Shown one piece after another: positions 1 to 9,935 of a DNA stretch of 64,000 bases. Numbering within the stretch: position 1 is the first letter of the stretch; every line of letters begins with the position of its first letter. The stretch spans positions 36,068 to 100,067 of the forward strand of contig JAFTGL010000008.1 of the NCBI GenBank assembly GCA_017457955.1, given 5' to 3'. The stretch comes from Ruminococcus sp. GTDB taxonomy: Bacteria; Bacillota; Clostridia; Oscillospirales; Acutalibacteraceae. The position numbers and the translations under genes are program-made. The notes below the pieces were generated by a model, which worked only from the letters and a program-made list of their open reading frames with translations, made no database searches and was not told where the DNA came from.

Positions 1-34
1 TTAAGATAGTCTACTCTTAATCAGAGATTAGTAT

Positions 35-61
35 AATGTCGGGGAATTCTCCGACATTTTT
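35..61 (+). terminator. Probable intrinsic terminator of a gene upstream of the window
   Basis: Hairpin AATGTCGGGG-AATT-CTCCGACATT followed by a T run. Confidence 0.5.
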
Positions 62-590
62 AGTGTAAAGGATAATAGAAGAAAAGAGTATAGACAGATG
101 TGATGAAAACATGTCAAAATGTAGTTTAATCACAAAAAAATCTACTATATCATCGCTGCTATGAGGAATCGAGGGAGATCCTGCACTGATATTTTTTTAA
201 CAAAACCCGCATATTTACTGACTTTTGAGAACGTAGTCAACCTGACAGTTAAGGTGGTTGACAAAAAGCGTAATAGATTTTTGTGCGATTTGACGGACGA
301 TATCCTTGATAATAATCACCAAACAAATTATAATATGTGAAATGATTCTGTCGAAAAAGAGAACAAAAAGGATCGATCGAAACGCCGAAAATTCCGTATC
401 GGGTAAAATCACAGAATAATTCCAACAAAAGGCTATGTTTGGCTCACATAGAACCATAGTAAAATGTGAGATATGGGAGTAAAATGACGTTGTAGATGTG
501 TACAAGGCGGTTACCTTGTACAAAATATCCAAACATTTTTCAACATTTACGTGTTTGGAAACAACAAATTTTATTTTCAGGAGGAAAACA

Positions 591-1901
591 ATGAAAAAGA
601 TAGTTGCATTATTCATCGCGATCCTGATGGTTGCATCTGTACTGGCTGCTTGCGGCGGCAACGGCGGTTCCGGCGGCTCGGGCGAAAAAGCGAGCGCCCT
701 CACCGTCAATATCTGGGACGCCAACCAGCAGAAGGGTATTCAGGAGATCGCTGACAAGTGGACGGAGACATCCGGCGTCAAGGTCAACGTTGAAGTTGTC
801 GACTGGGACAACTACTGGACCCTGCTCGAGGCAGGCGCTTCCGGCGGCACCATGCCCGACGTATTCTGGATGCACTCTAACACCGTTCAGATGTACATGG
901 AGAACGACATCCTGCTCGACCTTACCGATTATGTCGATAAGGACAGCTCCATCGATATGTCCAAGTATTATGAAGGCGTTAAAGATCTGTACACCCGCTC
1001 CGACGGTAAGATCTTTGCTCTGCCTAAGGACCATGACACCATCGCTCTGCTCTATAACAAGGCGATCTTTGACGAGTACGGCGTAGATTATCCCACCTCC
1101 GACTGGACATGGGACGACATGTATGAAGCCGCTAAGGCGATCACCGAGGGTTCGGACGGCTCCATCTACGGTATGGCAATGAACACCTCCAACAACCAGG
1201 ACGGCTGGTACAACCTTGTATACAGCTACGGCGGCAAGGTCATCACCGATGATCACAAGGGCACCACCATCGGCTCCGATGAGGCGAAGGCAGGCATGGA
1301 AATGATGCGCAAGCTCCTCACCGTAGGCGCTCCCCAGTCTGTTGTTGCAGAGACCGGTACCGACTCTCTGTTCCAGTCCGGCAAGACCGCGATGATCACA
1401 CAGGGCTCCTGGATGATCAACTCCTTCTACACCGCTGAGTTCCACGATGATTATGCGTGGGCGCTCCTGCCCTATGCCGACGTCAACGGCAACGGCACCT
1501 GCGAGAAGGAAGAGCGCTGGTCTGCTTACAACGGCCTCGGCTGGGCTGCGAATGCGAATGTCAGCGACCCCGAATCCTGCTACAGCCTGATCGCTTACTT
1601 CTGTTCGGAAGAAGGCCAGAAGCTGCAGGCTGAAAAAGGCGTTACCATGGGCGGCATGACCGGCGTATCCGACGCGTTTGCCGATGCGTTCCCCGGCATG
1701 GACATCTCTCCGTTCCTTGAGGCAGAGGATTACAGTCTCTACTTCCGTCCCTACACCCGCAACACCACCGTTTGGGAAGACGCTCTCCAGCAGGCAGGCG
1801 CGTTCCTGGATCCGTGGCAGAATCCTGAGGACGCTGATCTGATGGCGACCGCGTGCGACAACGCACAGAAGATCATCGAGGACGCTATCGCTAACGAGTA
1901 A
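591..1901 (+). CDS. Sugar ABC transporter substrate-binding lipoprotein (CUT1 family)
   Basis: RBS GGAGG before ATG 591; signal peptide with lipobox VLAAC; SBP_bac_1-like motifs (MPDVF, ALLYNKAIFD, WTWDD, FQSGKTAM); followed by two permeases. Confidence 0.92.
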   Translation: MKKIVALFIAILMVASVLAACGGNGGSGGSGEKASALTVNIWDANQQKGIQEIADKWTETSGVKVNVEVVDWDNYWTLLEAGASGGTMPDVFWMHSNTVQMYMENDILLDLTDYVDKDSSIDMSKYYEGVKDLYTRSDGKIFALPKDHDTIALLYNKAIFDEYGVDYPTSDWTWDDMYEAAKAITEGSDGSIYGMAMNTSNNQDGWYNLVYSYGGKVITDDHKGTTIGSDEAKAGMEMMRKLLTVGAPQSVVAETGTDSLFQSGKTAMITQGSWMINSFYTAEFHDDYAWALLPYADVNGNGTCEKEERWSAYNGLGWAANANVSDPESCYSLIAYFCSEEGQKLQAEKGVTMGGMTGVSDAFADAFPGMDISPFLEAEDYSLYFRPYTRNTTVWEDALQQAGAFLDPWQNPEDADLMATACDNAQKIIEDAIANE

Positions 1902-1999
1902 GCTGTTTCAGAGAACTCTTATTAAAACATTTCGGCGAGCCGACCGGCTTCGGCACGGCTCGCCTTGCGGCTTTTAATTTATCATAAAGGAGGGGACTT

Positions 2000-2902
2000 A
2001 TGAAACAGAAAACGCTCAGGAAGAAACGCACCAAGGCGCAGAAGAGAGAAATGATATGGGCGCTGTGTTTTATCGCGCCGACGATCATCGGATTGATCGT
2101 GCTCAACTTCTATCCGGTCATCAACACGCTGTGGCAATCTTTCTGCAAAACGGGCGACTTCGGTAAGGGAAATACTTTCATAGGTTTTGAAAACTACGGC
2201 AAGGTCTTCGCGTCGAGCGAAGTCTGGCATTCACTTTGGAACACGATCAAGTACGCACTGATCGAAGTGCCGTTCGGCGTGGTTATCGCGCTGATACTCG
2301 CAGTGTTCCTGAATAAAAAGCTCAAGGGAACCTCGCTGTTCCGTACCATCTTCTTCCTGCCCATGGTCTGCGCCCCCGCGGCGGTCGCCATGGTATGGAA
2401 GTGGCTGTACAACCAGCAGTTCGGTCTCTTGAATAATGTATTCGGCACCAACGTCGCATGGATCTCCGATCCGAAGATCGCGTGGATCTCCATCGGTATC
2501 ATCGGCGTATGGTCGGTCATCGGTTATAACATGGTTCTGTTCATCTCCGGCTTACAGGAGATCCCGGGCGATTATTACGAAGCGGCTGAGATCGATGGCG
2601 CTACCGGCATCCGTCAGTTCTTCCACATCACCGTTCCGCTGCTCTCTCCGACGACCTTCTTTATCGTTCAGACCCGTATTATCGGCGCTCTGACGATATT
2701 CGACCTGATGTTCATGGTCATGGATAAAACGAACCTTGCGCTGCAGAACACCCAGTCGATCGTATACCTGTTCTACGACTACGCGTTCACACAGGGTAAC
2801 AAGGGCTACGGCGCGACGATCGTCATCTTCCTGGTCATCTTTATCATGATCGTCACCTTCATCCTGCAGCGGGCTGAAAAGAAGCTCGTTTATCATCCGT
2901 AA
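2000..2902 (+). CDS. Sugar ABC transporter permease
   Basis: Multiple TM segments, EAA motif YYEAAEIDGA, FIGFENY. Confidence 0.93.
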   Translation: MKQKTLRKKRTKAQKREMIWALCFIAPTIIGLIVLNFYPVINTLWQSFCKTGDFGKGNTFIGFENYGKVFASSEVWHSLWNTIKYALIEVPFGVVIALILAVFLNKKLKGTSLFRTIFFLPMVCAPAAVAMVWKWLYNQQFGLLNNVFGTNVAWISDPKIAWISIGIIGVWSVIGYNMVLFISGLQEIPGDYYEAAEIDGATGIRQFFHITVPLLSPTTFFIVQTRIIGALTIFDLMFMVMDKTNLALQNTQSIVYLFYDYAFTQGNKGYGATIVIFLVIFIMIVTFILQRAEKKLVYHP

Positions 2903-2920
2903 GAAAGGGGGAACTGATTT

Positions 2921-3763
2921 ATGCAAAGCGCTCGTGCGAGAAATATCGCTAGTAAAGTAGTCATGTACATCGTGCTGATCATCATGGCGTTCATCATGCT
3001 GGTTCCCTTCGTATGGATGATCCTCACAGCACTCAAAACCAATCAGGAAGCGATCTCGGTCGATCCGTTCTATATTTTCCCTGCCCACGGATGGCACTGG
3101 GAAAACTTTGCGGAGGTATGGCAGAGCTACAACTTCCTCGTCCTCTACAAGAACACCCTGCTGATGATTCTCTTCCGCGTTATCTGCGCGTGTCTGACCG
3201 CTACCATGGCGGGCTACGCCTTCGGCAGACTGAGATTCCCCGGCAAGAACTTCTTTTTCGCGCTGGTACTCGTTCAAATGATGATCCCGGCCCAGATCTT
3301 TATCATTCCTCAGTATTTGATGGTCTCCGGTTTGGGACTGCTCAATACGATCTCGGGTCTGGTATTCCCCGGTATTGTCACCGCTTTCGGTACTTACCTG
3401 CTCAAGACAGGTTATGAGGGACTGCCCAAAGATCTGGAGGAAGCTGCCGACATTGACGGCTGTAATATCGGTCAGCGCTTTTTGCGCATCATGATGCCGC
3501 TCACCAGATCGTCGATGGTCTCCTTAGGTATCTTTACCGCGCTGTTCGCGTTCAAGGATTTGATGTGGCCGATGATCGTCTGCACAAGAGCCGAGACCAC
3601 CACTTTATCGGCGGGTCTTGCGAAGATGCAGGGACAGTTTTCCAGCAACTATCCCACCATGATGGCAGCGGCCGTTCTGGCGGTTGTACCGATGATTGTT
3701 ATCTATGTCATTTTCCAGAAGCAATTTGTAGAAGGTATCGCTACCTCGGGCGGTAAGCTGTAA
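2921..3763 (+). CDS. Sugar ABC transporter permease
   Basis: TM segments, EAA motif LEEAADIDG, C-terminal QKQFVEGIATSGGK. Confidence 0.93.
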   Translation: MQSARARNIASKVVMYIVLIIMAFIMLVPFVWMILTALKTNQEAISVDPFYIFPAHGWHWENFAEVWQSYNFLVLYKNTLLMILFRVICACLTATMAGYAFGRLRFPGKNFFFALVLVQMMIPAQIFIIPQYLMVSGLGLLNTISGLVFPGIVTAFGTYLLKTGYEGLPKDLEEAADIDGCNIGQRFLRIMMPLTRSSMVSLGIFTALFAFKDLMWPMIVCTRAETTTLSAGLAKMQGQFSSNYPTMMAAAVLAVVPMIVIYVIFQKQFVEGIATSGGKL

Positions 3764-3805
3764 GGTTGATCTCGCCTTTGGCAGATCATCTATATACAAC
3801 ATCCA

Positions 3806-3843
3806 AGAGCCGGAGGTATCTCTCATGATACCCCGGCTCTTTT
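3806..3843 (+). terminator. Intrinsic terminator after the ABC operon
   Basis: AAGAGCCGG...CCGGCTCTTTT stem-loop with T tract. Confidence 0.7.
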
Positions 3844-3985
3844 GCATATGCTAACATATTCTGAACATTTATGAAAACCGAGCGGCAGACGTTTTCTTTC
3901 TTTCCGTTTTCTTTTCATTTGCTGCTCGGCTTTCATAAATGGTTACATCATTTATACATATACTACTAACTAAGAAGGTGAAATC

Positions 3986-4870
3986 ATGAACGATGAACCC
4001 GGCTTATATGTAACCCCAAAAGTACGCTGTCTTGTCTATCAAAAAAGGATAACCGACGATATTTATCTGATGCTGTGCGGCATCGAGCACTGTCTTCCGG
4101 ATTATGCCTTCAAGGCGACCGGAAGATCAGGCTATCATCTGCATGTGGTTTTGCAGGGCAAGGGCACGCTTTCTGTCAATGGAGCAGAAACAGAGCTGCA
4201 CTTTGGTCAGATGTTCCTGACCAAGCCCGGCGAGGACACATGGTACAAAGCAGACTCCTCAGATCCGTGGGTATACTGCTGGATGGCATTCGACGGCAAT
4301 ATTGCGAAAAAGTGCATTGAGGAAGCGGGTTTTGTCAACGGCGTCAATGTGCTGGACTGTCATGTCGATCAGCGACAGTTTTATTCTATTGTCACAAAGG
4401 TGCTCGATCAGGCGCAGGTGACCCCTTCAAATGTTTATTCCCGCACCGGGCAACTGCTCGAGTTTATCAGCACAGCAGTCCATTCGAACTATGAATCCGA
4501 GAAGCGCATCCGCAAGGTGCATCAATATCCCGCAGATGATTATGTCACCTATGCAGCAGATTTTATTCGCGCCAATTACGCCACCGCAAAAATCGGCGAC
4601 GTTGCAAAGTTTGTCGGTTTGCACCGCAGCTATCTGACGAATCTCTTCAAAGCAAAAATGGGTATATCCCCTCAGGAATACCTGATGCAGTGCAAGTTAA
4701 GACAGGCATGCAAGCTATTGGAAGAAACCAACAATCCGATCCAGGAAATATCCCGACAGATCGGATACGATAACCCGCTGACCTTTTCCAAAACCTTCAA
4801 GAGCTTTTACGGCGTCAGCCCGCGAGAGTATCGTCAGCAAAACCGTCGAGACGAAGGAGGCAAAACATGA
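3986..4870 (+). CDS. AraC family transcriptional regulator (MsmR/MelR-like)
   Basis: N-terminal cupin sensor domain (HLHVVLQGKG, DPWVYCW) and C-terminal double HTH (IGYDNPLTFSKTFKSFYGVSPREYR). Confidence 0.92.
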   Translation: MNDEPGLYVTPKVRCLVYQKRITDDIYLMLCGIEHCLPDYAFKATGRSGYHLHVVLQGKGTLSVNGAETELHFGQMFLTKPGEDTWYKADSSDPWVYCWMAFDGNIAKKCIEEAGFVNGVNVLDCHVDQRQFYSIVTKVLDQAQVTPSNVYSRTGQLLEFISTAVHSNYESEKRIRKVHQYPADDYVTYAADFIRANYATAKIGDVAKFVGLHRSYLTNLFKAKMGISPQEYLMQCKLRQACKLLEETNNPIQEISRQIGYDNPLTFSKTFKSFYGVSPREYRQQNRRDEGGKT

Positions 4871-7056
4871 GTATCCGGTATAACGAAGCAACAAAACAGT
4901 TTATCTTAGAAACCGCGTCAACCTGCTATCAAATAGAGATCGACGAGCTCGGATTTTTACATCACCTGTATTACGGACCCAAAACAGGTCAGGGCGATCT
5001 TGCCTATCGCTACAGGATCTACGATCACGGTTTTTCCGGCAATCCGTATGATATGCGCAATAACCGCGCCTTTTCACTGGATTCTATGCCGCAGGAATAT
5101 ACCTCCTTCGGCGTAGGTGATTTTCGCGTGACGAGCATACGCGCGTCGTGCTCCGACGGCAGCCGCTGCTTTGAATTCCGCTACTCCGGTCATGAGATCA
5201 TCGACGGCAAATATGCGATCCCCGATCTGCCGTCCGTGTACAATAACGATGACGAGGTGCAGACCTTAGTCGTCAGCCTGATCGACGGACCCGCCAATAT
5301 CGCGATCCGTCTGTATTACGGCGTTTTTGAAAATCTTGACGTTATCACGAGGACTGCCGAGATCATCAACTGGGGACATGAGACGGTTTGGCTGAGGAAG
5401 GCGTCGTCGCTCTGTCTTGAACTGCCGTTCGGGAGTTGGGATATGATCCATTTCCACGGCCGTCACTGCATGGAGCGTCAGCCCGAGCGCGTACCGCTCT
5501 TTCACGGTATCCATACCCTGTCCTCCGGCAGAGGCATGTCCAGCCATCAGCACAATCCTTTCGTGATTTTATGTGACCGTACGGCGACCGAGGACAGCGG
5601 TGCATGCTACGGCATGATGCTGATGTACTCCGGCAACCACAAGACCGAGATAGAGCTGGATCAGTTCGACTCTGTCCGTGTCGTGATGGGCGTCAGCGAC
5701 GATCGTTTCCGTTGGGAGCTGACCCCTGGCGCGAGCTTCCGTGCGCCTGAGGTGATCCTCAGCTGTGCCGACGGCCTGACACAGCTGTCGCACCGTTTCC
5801 ATCGGGTCGTGCGCAACAATGTCTGCCGCGGCGAATATAAGCTCAGCCACCGTCCCGTGCTGATCAACAACTGGGAAGCGACCTATTTCGATCTCAATGA
5901 GGAAAAAATCGTTGCACTGGCACAAAAGGCGGCGGATATCGGCGTCGAGCTGTTCGTCCTTGATGACGGCTGGTTCAAGAACCGTGTGGACGATAACGCG
6001 GGTCTGGGCGACTGGACGCCCGATACGAACAAGCTGCCGAACGGTCTCGACGGGCTGATCAAAAAGATCAACGACATGGGACTGAAATTCGGCTTGTGGG
6101 TCGAACCGGAAATGGTCAACGAGAATTCCGACCTCTACCGCGCCCATCCCGACTGGGCGATGACGGCTCCCAACCGCGCCCCAATGATGGCGCGCAATCA
6201 GCTGGTACTCGACCTCTCGCGCGAAGAGGTGCATGAGTACATCTTCGACACGCTGTCGGGTCTGTTATCAAAATACAATATTACATACATCAAGTGGGAC
6301 TTCAACCGACCGCTGGCAGACGTTTACTCCCACTCCACTCCCTCGCCGCGTCAGGGTGAAGTCACGCATCGCTATTACCTCAGCCTGTACCGTTTATATG
6401 AACGGCTGACGAAGGCGTTCCCGCATGTGCTCTTTGAGGGATGCGCGGGCGGCGGCGGACGCTTTGACGCCGGTATGCTGCAATACTCACCGCAGATCTG
6501 GTGCTCGGACAACACCGACCCCATCTCTCGCCTGACGATCCAATACGGTACCTCGTTCGGCTATCCGGTCAGCGCCATCGGCGCACATGTCAGTGCAACG
6601 CCGAACCATCAGACCGGTCGCTTGACGCCGCTTTCCACACGCGGAACGGTCGCGATGATGGGCGCGTTCGGCTATGAGCTGGATATGACAAAGCTCAGCG
6701 ACGAGGAACTCGAGGAAATGAAGGGGCAGATCAAGCGATTCAAGGAACTCGAGCCGATGATCCATAACGGACTCTATTACCGACTCAGCTCGATGAAGGA
6801 GAGCGGTCACTACTTCGCATGGCAGTTTGTCGCACCTGACAAGTCGCGCAGTCTGCTGAGCATTGTCGTCACGAATCCGTTGGCAAATTCCACACCCGTC
6901 CATGTCCGTCTGAAAGGGCTCGATAGCGATGCGATCTATTCGGTCAACGGCGAGTTTGAGTGTACCGGTTCCGCGCTGATGAACGCGGGTTATACCTTCC
7001 CGCAGCTGACAGGCGATTATCCCGCACTGCAGCTGGACATCATCAAAGTGAAATAA
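4867..7056 (+). CDS. Alpha-galactosidase, GH36
   Basis: NNWEATYFD, LFVLDDGWF, FGLWVEPEMV, YIKWDFNR, CAGGGGRFD, WCSDNTD motifs. Confidence 0.95.
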   Translation: MSIRYNEATKQFILETASTCYQIEIDELGFLHHLYYGPKTGQGDLAYRYRIYDHGFSGNPYDMRNNRAFSLDSMPQEYTSFGVGDFRVTSIRASCSDGSRCFEFRYSGHEIIDGKYAIPDLPSVYNNDDEVQTLVVSLIDGPANIAIRLYYGVFENLDVITRTAEIINWGHETVWLRKASSLCLELPFGSWDMIHFHGRHCMERQPERVPLFHGIHTLSSGRGMSSHQHNPFVILCDRTATEDSGACYGMMLMYSGNHKTEIELDQFDSVRVVMGVSDDRFRWELTPGASFRAPEVILSCADGLTQLSHRFHRVVRNNVCRGEYKLSHRPVLINNWEATYFDLNEEKIVALAQKAADIGVELFVLDDGWFKNRVDDNAGLGDWTPDTNKLPNGLDGLIKKINDMGLKFGLWVEPEMVNENSDLYRAHPDWAMTAPNRAPMMARNQLVLDLSREEVHEYIFDTLSGLLSKYNITYIKWDFNRPLADVYSHSTPSPRQGEVTHRYYLSLYRLYERLTKAFPHVLFEGCAGGGGRFDAGMLQYSPQIWCSDNTDPISRLTIQYGTSFGYPVSAIGAHVSATPNHQTGRLTPLSTRGTVAMMGAFGYELDMTKLSDEELEEMKGQIKRFKELEPMIHNGLYYRLSSMKESGHYFAWQFVAPDKSRSLLSIVVTNPLANSTPVHVRLKGLDSDAIYSVNGEFECTGSALMNAGYTFPQLTGDYPALQLDIIKVK

Positions 7057-7075
7057 TTATTATAGGAGAAAAGCA

Positions 7076-7765
7076 TTGAACCCGAATAAAATCGTCTGGT
7101 CTGAAGAAAAAGAAAAAATAAAAAGTCTGCCGTTCAAGGAGAAGATCCGTTACATATGGATGTATTTCTGGATCCCGATCGTCGCGATCGTTTTTGTACT
7201 GGGTTTCGGCACCTTTCTGATCATCCGTATTGCGACAAATATCCCCGATAACTGGCTTTCGGTGACCTTTGCCAACACGACCGCTCAGGCCGGCACAGGC
7301 TCTCAGCTATGGGAGGATTTTACCGATCATACCGGATACGACCTGACGCAGAAGAAGGTAGAGTTCAATGCCGAATCCTACTTTGATTACACAAAGAATC
7401 AGGCGAAGGGCAACGCATATTACAATTCATTCGTCGCTCTTGTCGACGCAGGAGAGATCGACGCGATCACCATGGAGCCTGCGTCGCTTGCGGCTCTCGG
7501 TCAATCCGGCAGACTGTTGGATCTGAATGATGAAAAGTGTGCCTTGATCAAGGCAAAATATGCCGACCGCTTTATTTACTATGAACCGACAGAGGATGAC
7601 GAGGAGCATACCGATCCCATACCCGTCGGCATCGACATCAGCGACAGCGCGTTAGTCAGCAAATATCATGTTTACAGCGAAGGCTGTGCGCTGGGTATCG
7701 GGGCAAGCAGTGAGAATATCAAGGAAGTCGAAGACTTTTTGAGCTTTGTTTTAGGGGAGGGATAA
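7076..7765 (+). CDS. Membrane-anchored hypothetical protein
   Basis: RBS AGGAG, TTG start; one N-terminal TM helix (YIWMYFWIPIVAIVFV) then an acidic extracellular domain. Confidence 0.7.
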   Translation: MNPNKIVWSEEKEKIKSLPFKEKIRYIWMYFWIPIVAIVFVLGFGTFLIIRIATNIPDNWLSVTFANTTAQAGTGSQLWEDFTDHTGYDLTQKKVEFNAESYFDYTKNQAKGNAYYNSFVALVDAGEIDAITMEPASLAALGQSGRLLDLNDEKCALIKAKYADRFIYYEPTEDDEEHTDPIPVGIDISDSALVSKYHVYSEGCALGIGASSENIKEVEDFLSFVLGEG

Positions 7766-7768
7766 GCC

Positions 7769-8566
7769 ATGCGCGATTTTGTTAACGCTTTCATGAGCAG
7801 TGAAAGCACCTTTGGCAGATTGATGACAAAGATCGGTATCATCATCTGCGCCAATCTGATGTTTGTGCTTTTCAGCCTTCCCGTAATTACCATCGGCGCG
7901 TCATATGCAGGGCTTTACCGTGTGATGTTTAAGACCCTGCGATCGGGCGGCGTGACCAATCCCTTTAAACAGTTTTGGATCGGTTTTAAAAGCTGTTTTT
8001 TGCAGTCGACGATCGTCTGGGTCATCTATGCCGTATTGATGGTTGCCGGATACTTCGGACTGAGGATCTGCCTTCAGGCAGGCGGAAGTATGAGCTACTT
8101 TCAGTATGCCCTGTACGGCGCCGCGCTGATACTTACCTTGATCCTCATCTACACCTTCCCGTCGATCGCCGCCTTTGAGGGTCGTATCGGGAACCATATC
8201 CGTAACGCGATCTACTTTGCGTTCCATAAGCCCTGGTGGATCCCTGTCAACCTTTTCTTCCATATATTCCCGCTGTATCTGACATACAGCGATCCTCAGC
8301 TGATGCCGCTGTATGCCTTCTGTTGGTTTTTCTTCGGCTTCGGCGCGATCACGATGCTAACCGCGCGACTGCTGATCAAGGATTATAATCGATTTCTTCC
8401 TCTTGTCGACGACTTCGGCGATTTCATCCTGACCGAGGACGGCAAACAGATCATGCCCGGAAGCGACGAGGAAAAGGCGCTGTATGAGGACGGCGGTGAT
8501 GCACTCGGCGGTCACGAGCAGTCTGAGGAAGATATGATCAAAGAATTGCAAAAATTGGATATGTGA
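7769..8566 (+). CDS. DUF624/YesL-like membrane protein
   Basis: NLMFVLFSLPVITIGASYAGL pattern, several TM helices, sugar ABC context. Confidence 0.75.
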   Translation: MRDFVNAFMSSESTFGRLMTKIGIIICANLMFVLFSLPVITIGASYAGLYRVMFKTLRSGGVTNPFKQFWIGFKSCFLQSTIVWVIYAVLMVAGYFGLRICLQAGGSMSYFQYALYGAALILTLILIYTFPSIAAFEGRIGNHIRNAIYFAFHKPWWIPVNLFFHIFPLYLTYSDPQLMPLYAFCWFFFGFGAITMLTARLLIKDYNRFLPLVDDFGDFILTEDGKQIMPGSDEEKALYEDGGDALGGHEQSEEDMIKELQKLDM

Positions 8567-8576
8567 GGAAACATCA

Positions 8577-9863
8577 ATGAAAAAAGAAGAATTGATCCGC
8601 AAAATCAACAGCGGTGAAATAGATGAACAGTTTGCCGCCCTTTACGGCGCGGCGGAGGATGTACTGAAAAGACAGCGCGCGCGATATGAAAACGCCGTCA
8701 AAAAGTTCAGCGAGATCTTTCCCGAGCGCGAGGACATACGCCTGTTCTCCGCTCCCGGCAGAACCGAGATCGGCGGCAACCATACCGACCACCAGCACGG
8801 ATGTGCGTTAGCGGCGGCGGTAAATCTCGATGTGATCGCCGTTGTCGCCTTCCATGACGACGGCGTCATCCGCTTTTATTCCGAGGGCTACGGCATGACA
8901 GAGATCGATCTTTCCGATCTTGAAGTCCATCCCGAAAAGTTCGGCAAATCCTCGGAGATCATCCGCGGTATCGCCGCAAGGTTTACCTCAATGGGCGTGA
9001 CTGTCGGCGGCTTTGACGCGTACTCCGTTTCGGATGTTCTCAGCGGCAGTGGGCTGTCATCTTCTGCGGCGTTCGAAACGCTCGTCGGCAGTATCATCGA
9101 CATCCATTACAACGACTGTCATGCGGGTGAGGTGGAGATCGCCAAGATCGGACAGTATGCCGAAAACATCTACTTCGGCAAGGGCAGCGGACTGCTCGAC
9201 CAGACCGTCTGTTCTGTCGGCGGCTTCGTATTCATTGACTTCCTCGATACGGAGAATCCCTATGTGGAGAAATACAGCTTTGACTTTGAGAAGGCGGGTT
9301 ACAATCTCTGCATCACCGATACAAAGGGCAGTCACTCTGATCTGACTGACGACTATGTCGCTGTGCCGACCGAGATGAAATCGGTCGCACGGCAGTTCGG
9401 CAAGGAGTACCTGCGCGAGGTGGACGAATATCTGTTCCTGCGCTCGATCAACGATTTGCACGGCAAATGCTCTGACCGTGCGATCATGCGCGCCGTGCAT
9501 TACTTCAAGGAAAACCGCCGTGCGGTGGAAGAAGCTCAGGCGCTGGACGACGGAGATATCAACCGCTTTTTTGAAATCTACCGTCGGTCTGCGGAGTCTT
9601 CCGCAACGCTGCTGCAAAACCACTATTCCGTGAAGAAGCCAACCGAGCAAGGTATCTCTCTCGGGCTGATGATGAGCCGGCTGATCCTCGGTGACGATGC
9701 GGCAGTACGCGTTCACGGCGGCGGCTTTGCGGGTACCATCCAAGCCTTTGTTCCGACCTTCAAGACCAATGAATATGTTCGCCGGATGAACGCACTTTTC
9801 GGAGCGGGGAGCTGTTATGTACTGCGTATCCGTTTCGTCGGCGGCGTAGAGATCACAATATAG
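8577..9863 (+). CDS. galK: Galactokinase (GHMP family)
   Basis: APGRTEIGGNHTDHQ, GSGLSSSAA, GGGFAG motifs. Confidence 0.92.
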   Translation: MKKEELIRKINSGEIDEQFAALYGAAEDVLKRQRARYENAVKKFSEIFPEREDIRLFSAPGRTEIGGNHTDHQHGCALAAAVNLDVIAVVAFHDDGVIRFYSEGYGMTEIDLSDLEVHPEKFGKSSEIIRGIAARFTSMGVTVGGFDAYSVSDVLSGSGLSSSAAFETLVGSIIDIHYNDCHAGEVEIAKIGQYAENIYFGKGSGLLDQTVCSVGGFVFIDFLDTENPYVEKYSFDFEKAGYNLCITDTKGSHSDLTDDYVAVPTEMKSVARQFGKEYLREVDEYLFLRSINDLHGKCSDRAIMRAVHYFKENRRAVEEAQALDDGDINRFFEIYRRSAESSATLLQNHYSVKKPTEQGISLGLMMSRLILGDDAAVRVHGGGFAGTIQAFVPTFKTNEYVRRMNALFGAGSCYVLRIRFVGGVEITI

Positions 9864-9935
9864 TGAAGAACTAAGAGCGAAGAGTGAAGAGTTATTGGCG
9901 GGTGCTGCCCGCGCCCAATCAGTAATGAGGTAATA

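Noticed and set aside
215-724. 169-aa minus-strand ORF
   Set aside because: Overlaps the promoter region and start of the ABC binding protein; no recognisable motifs
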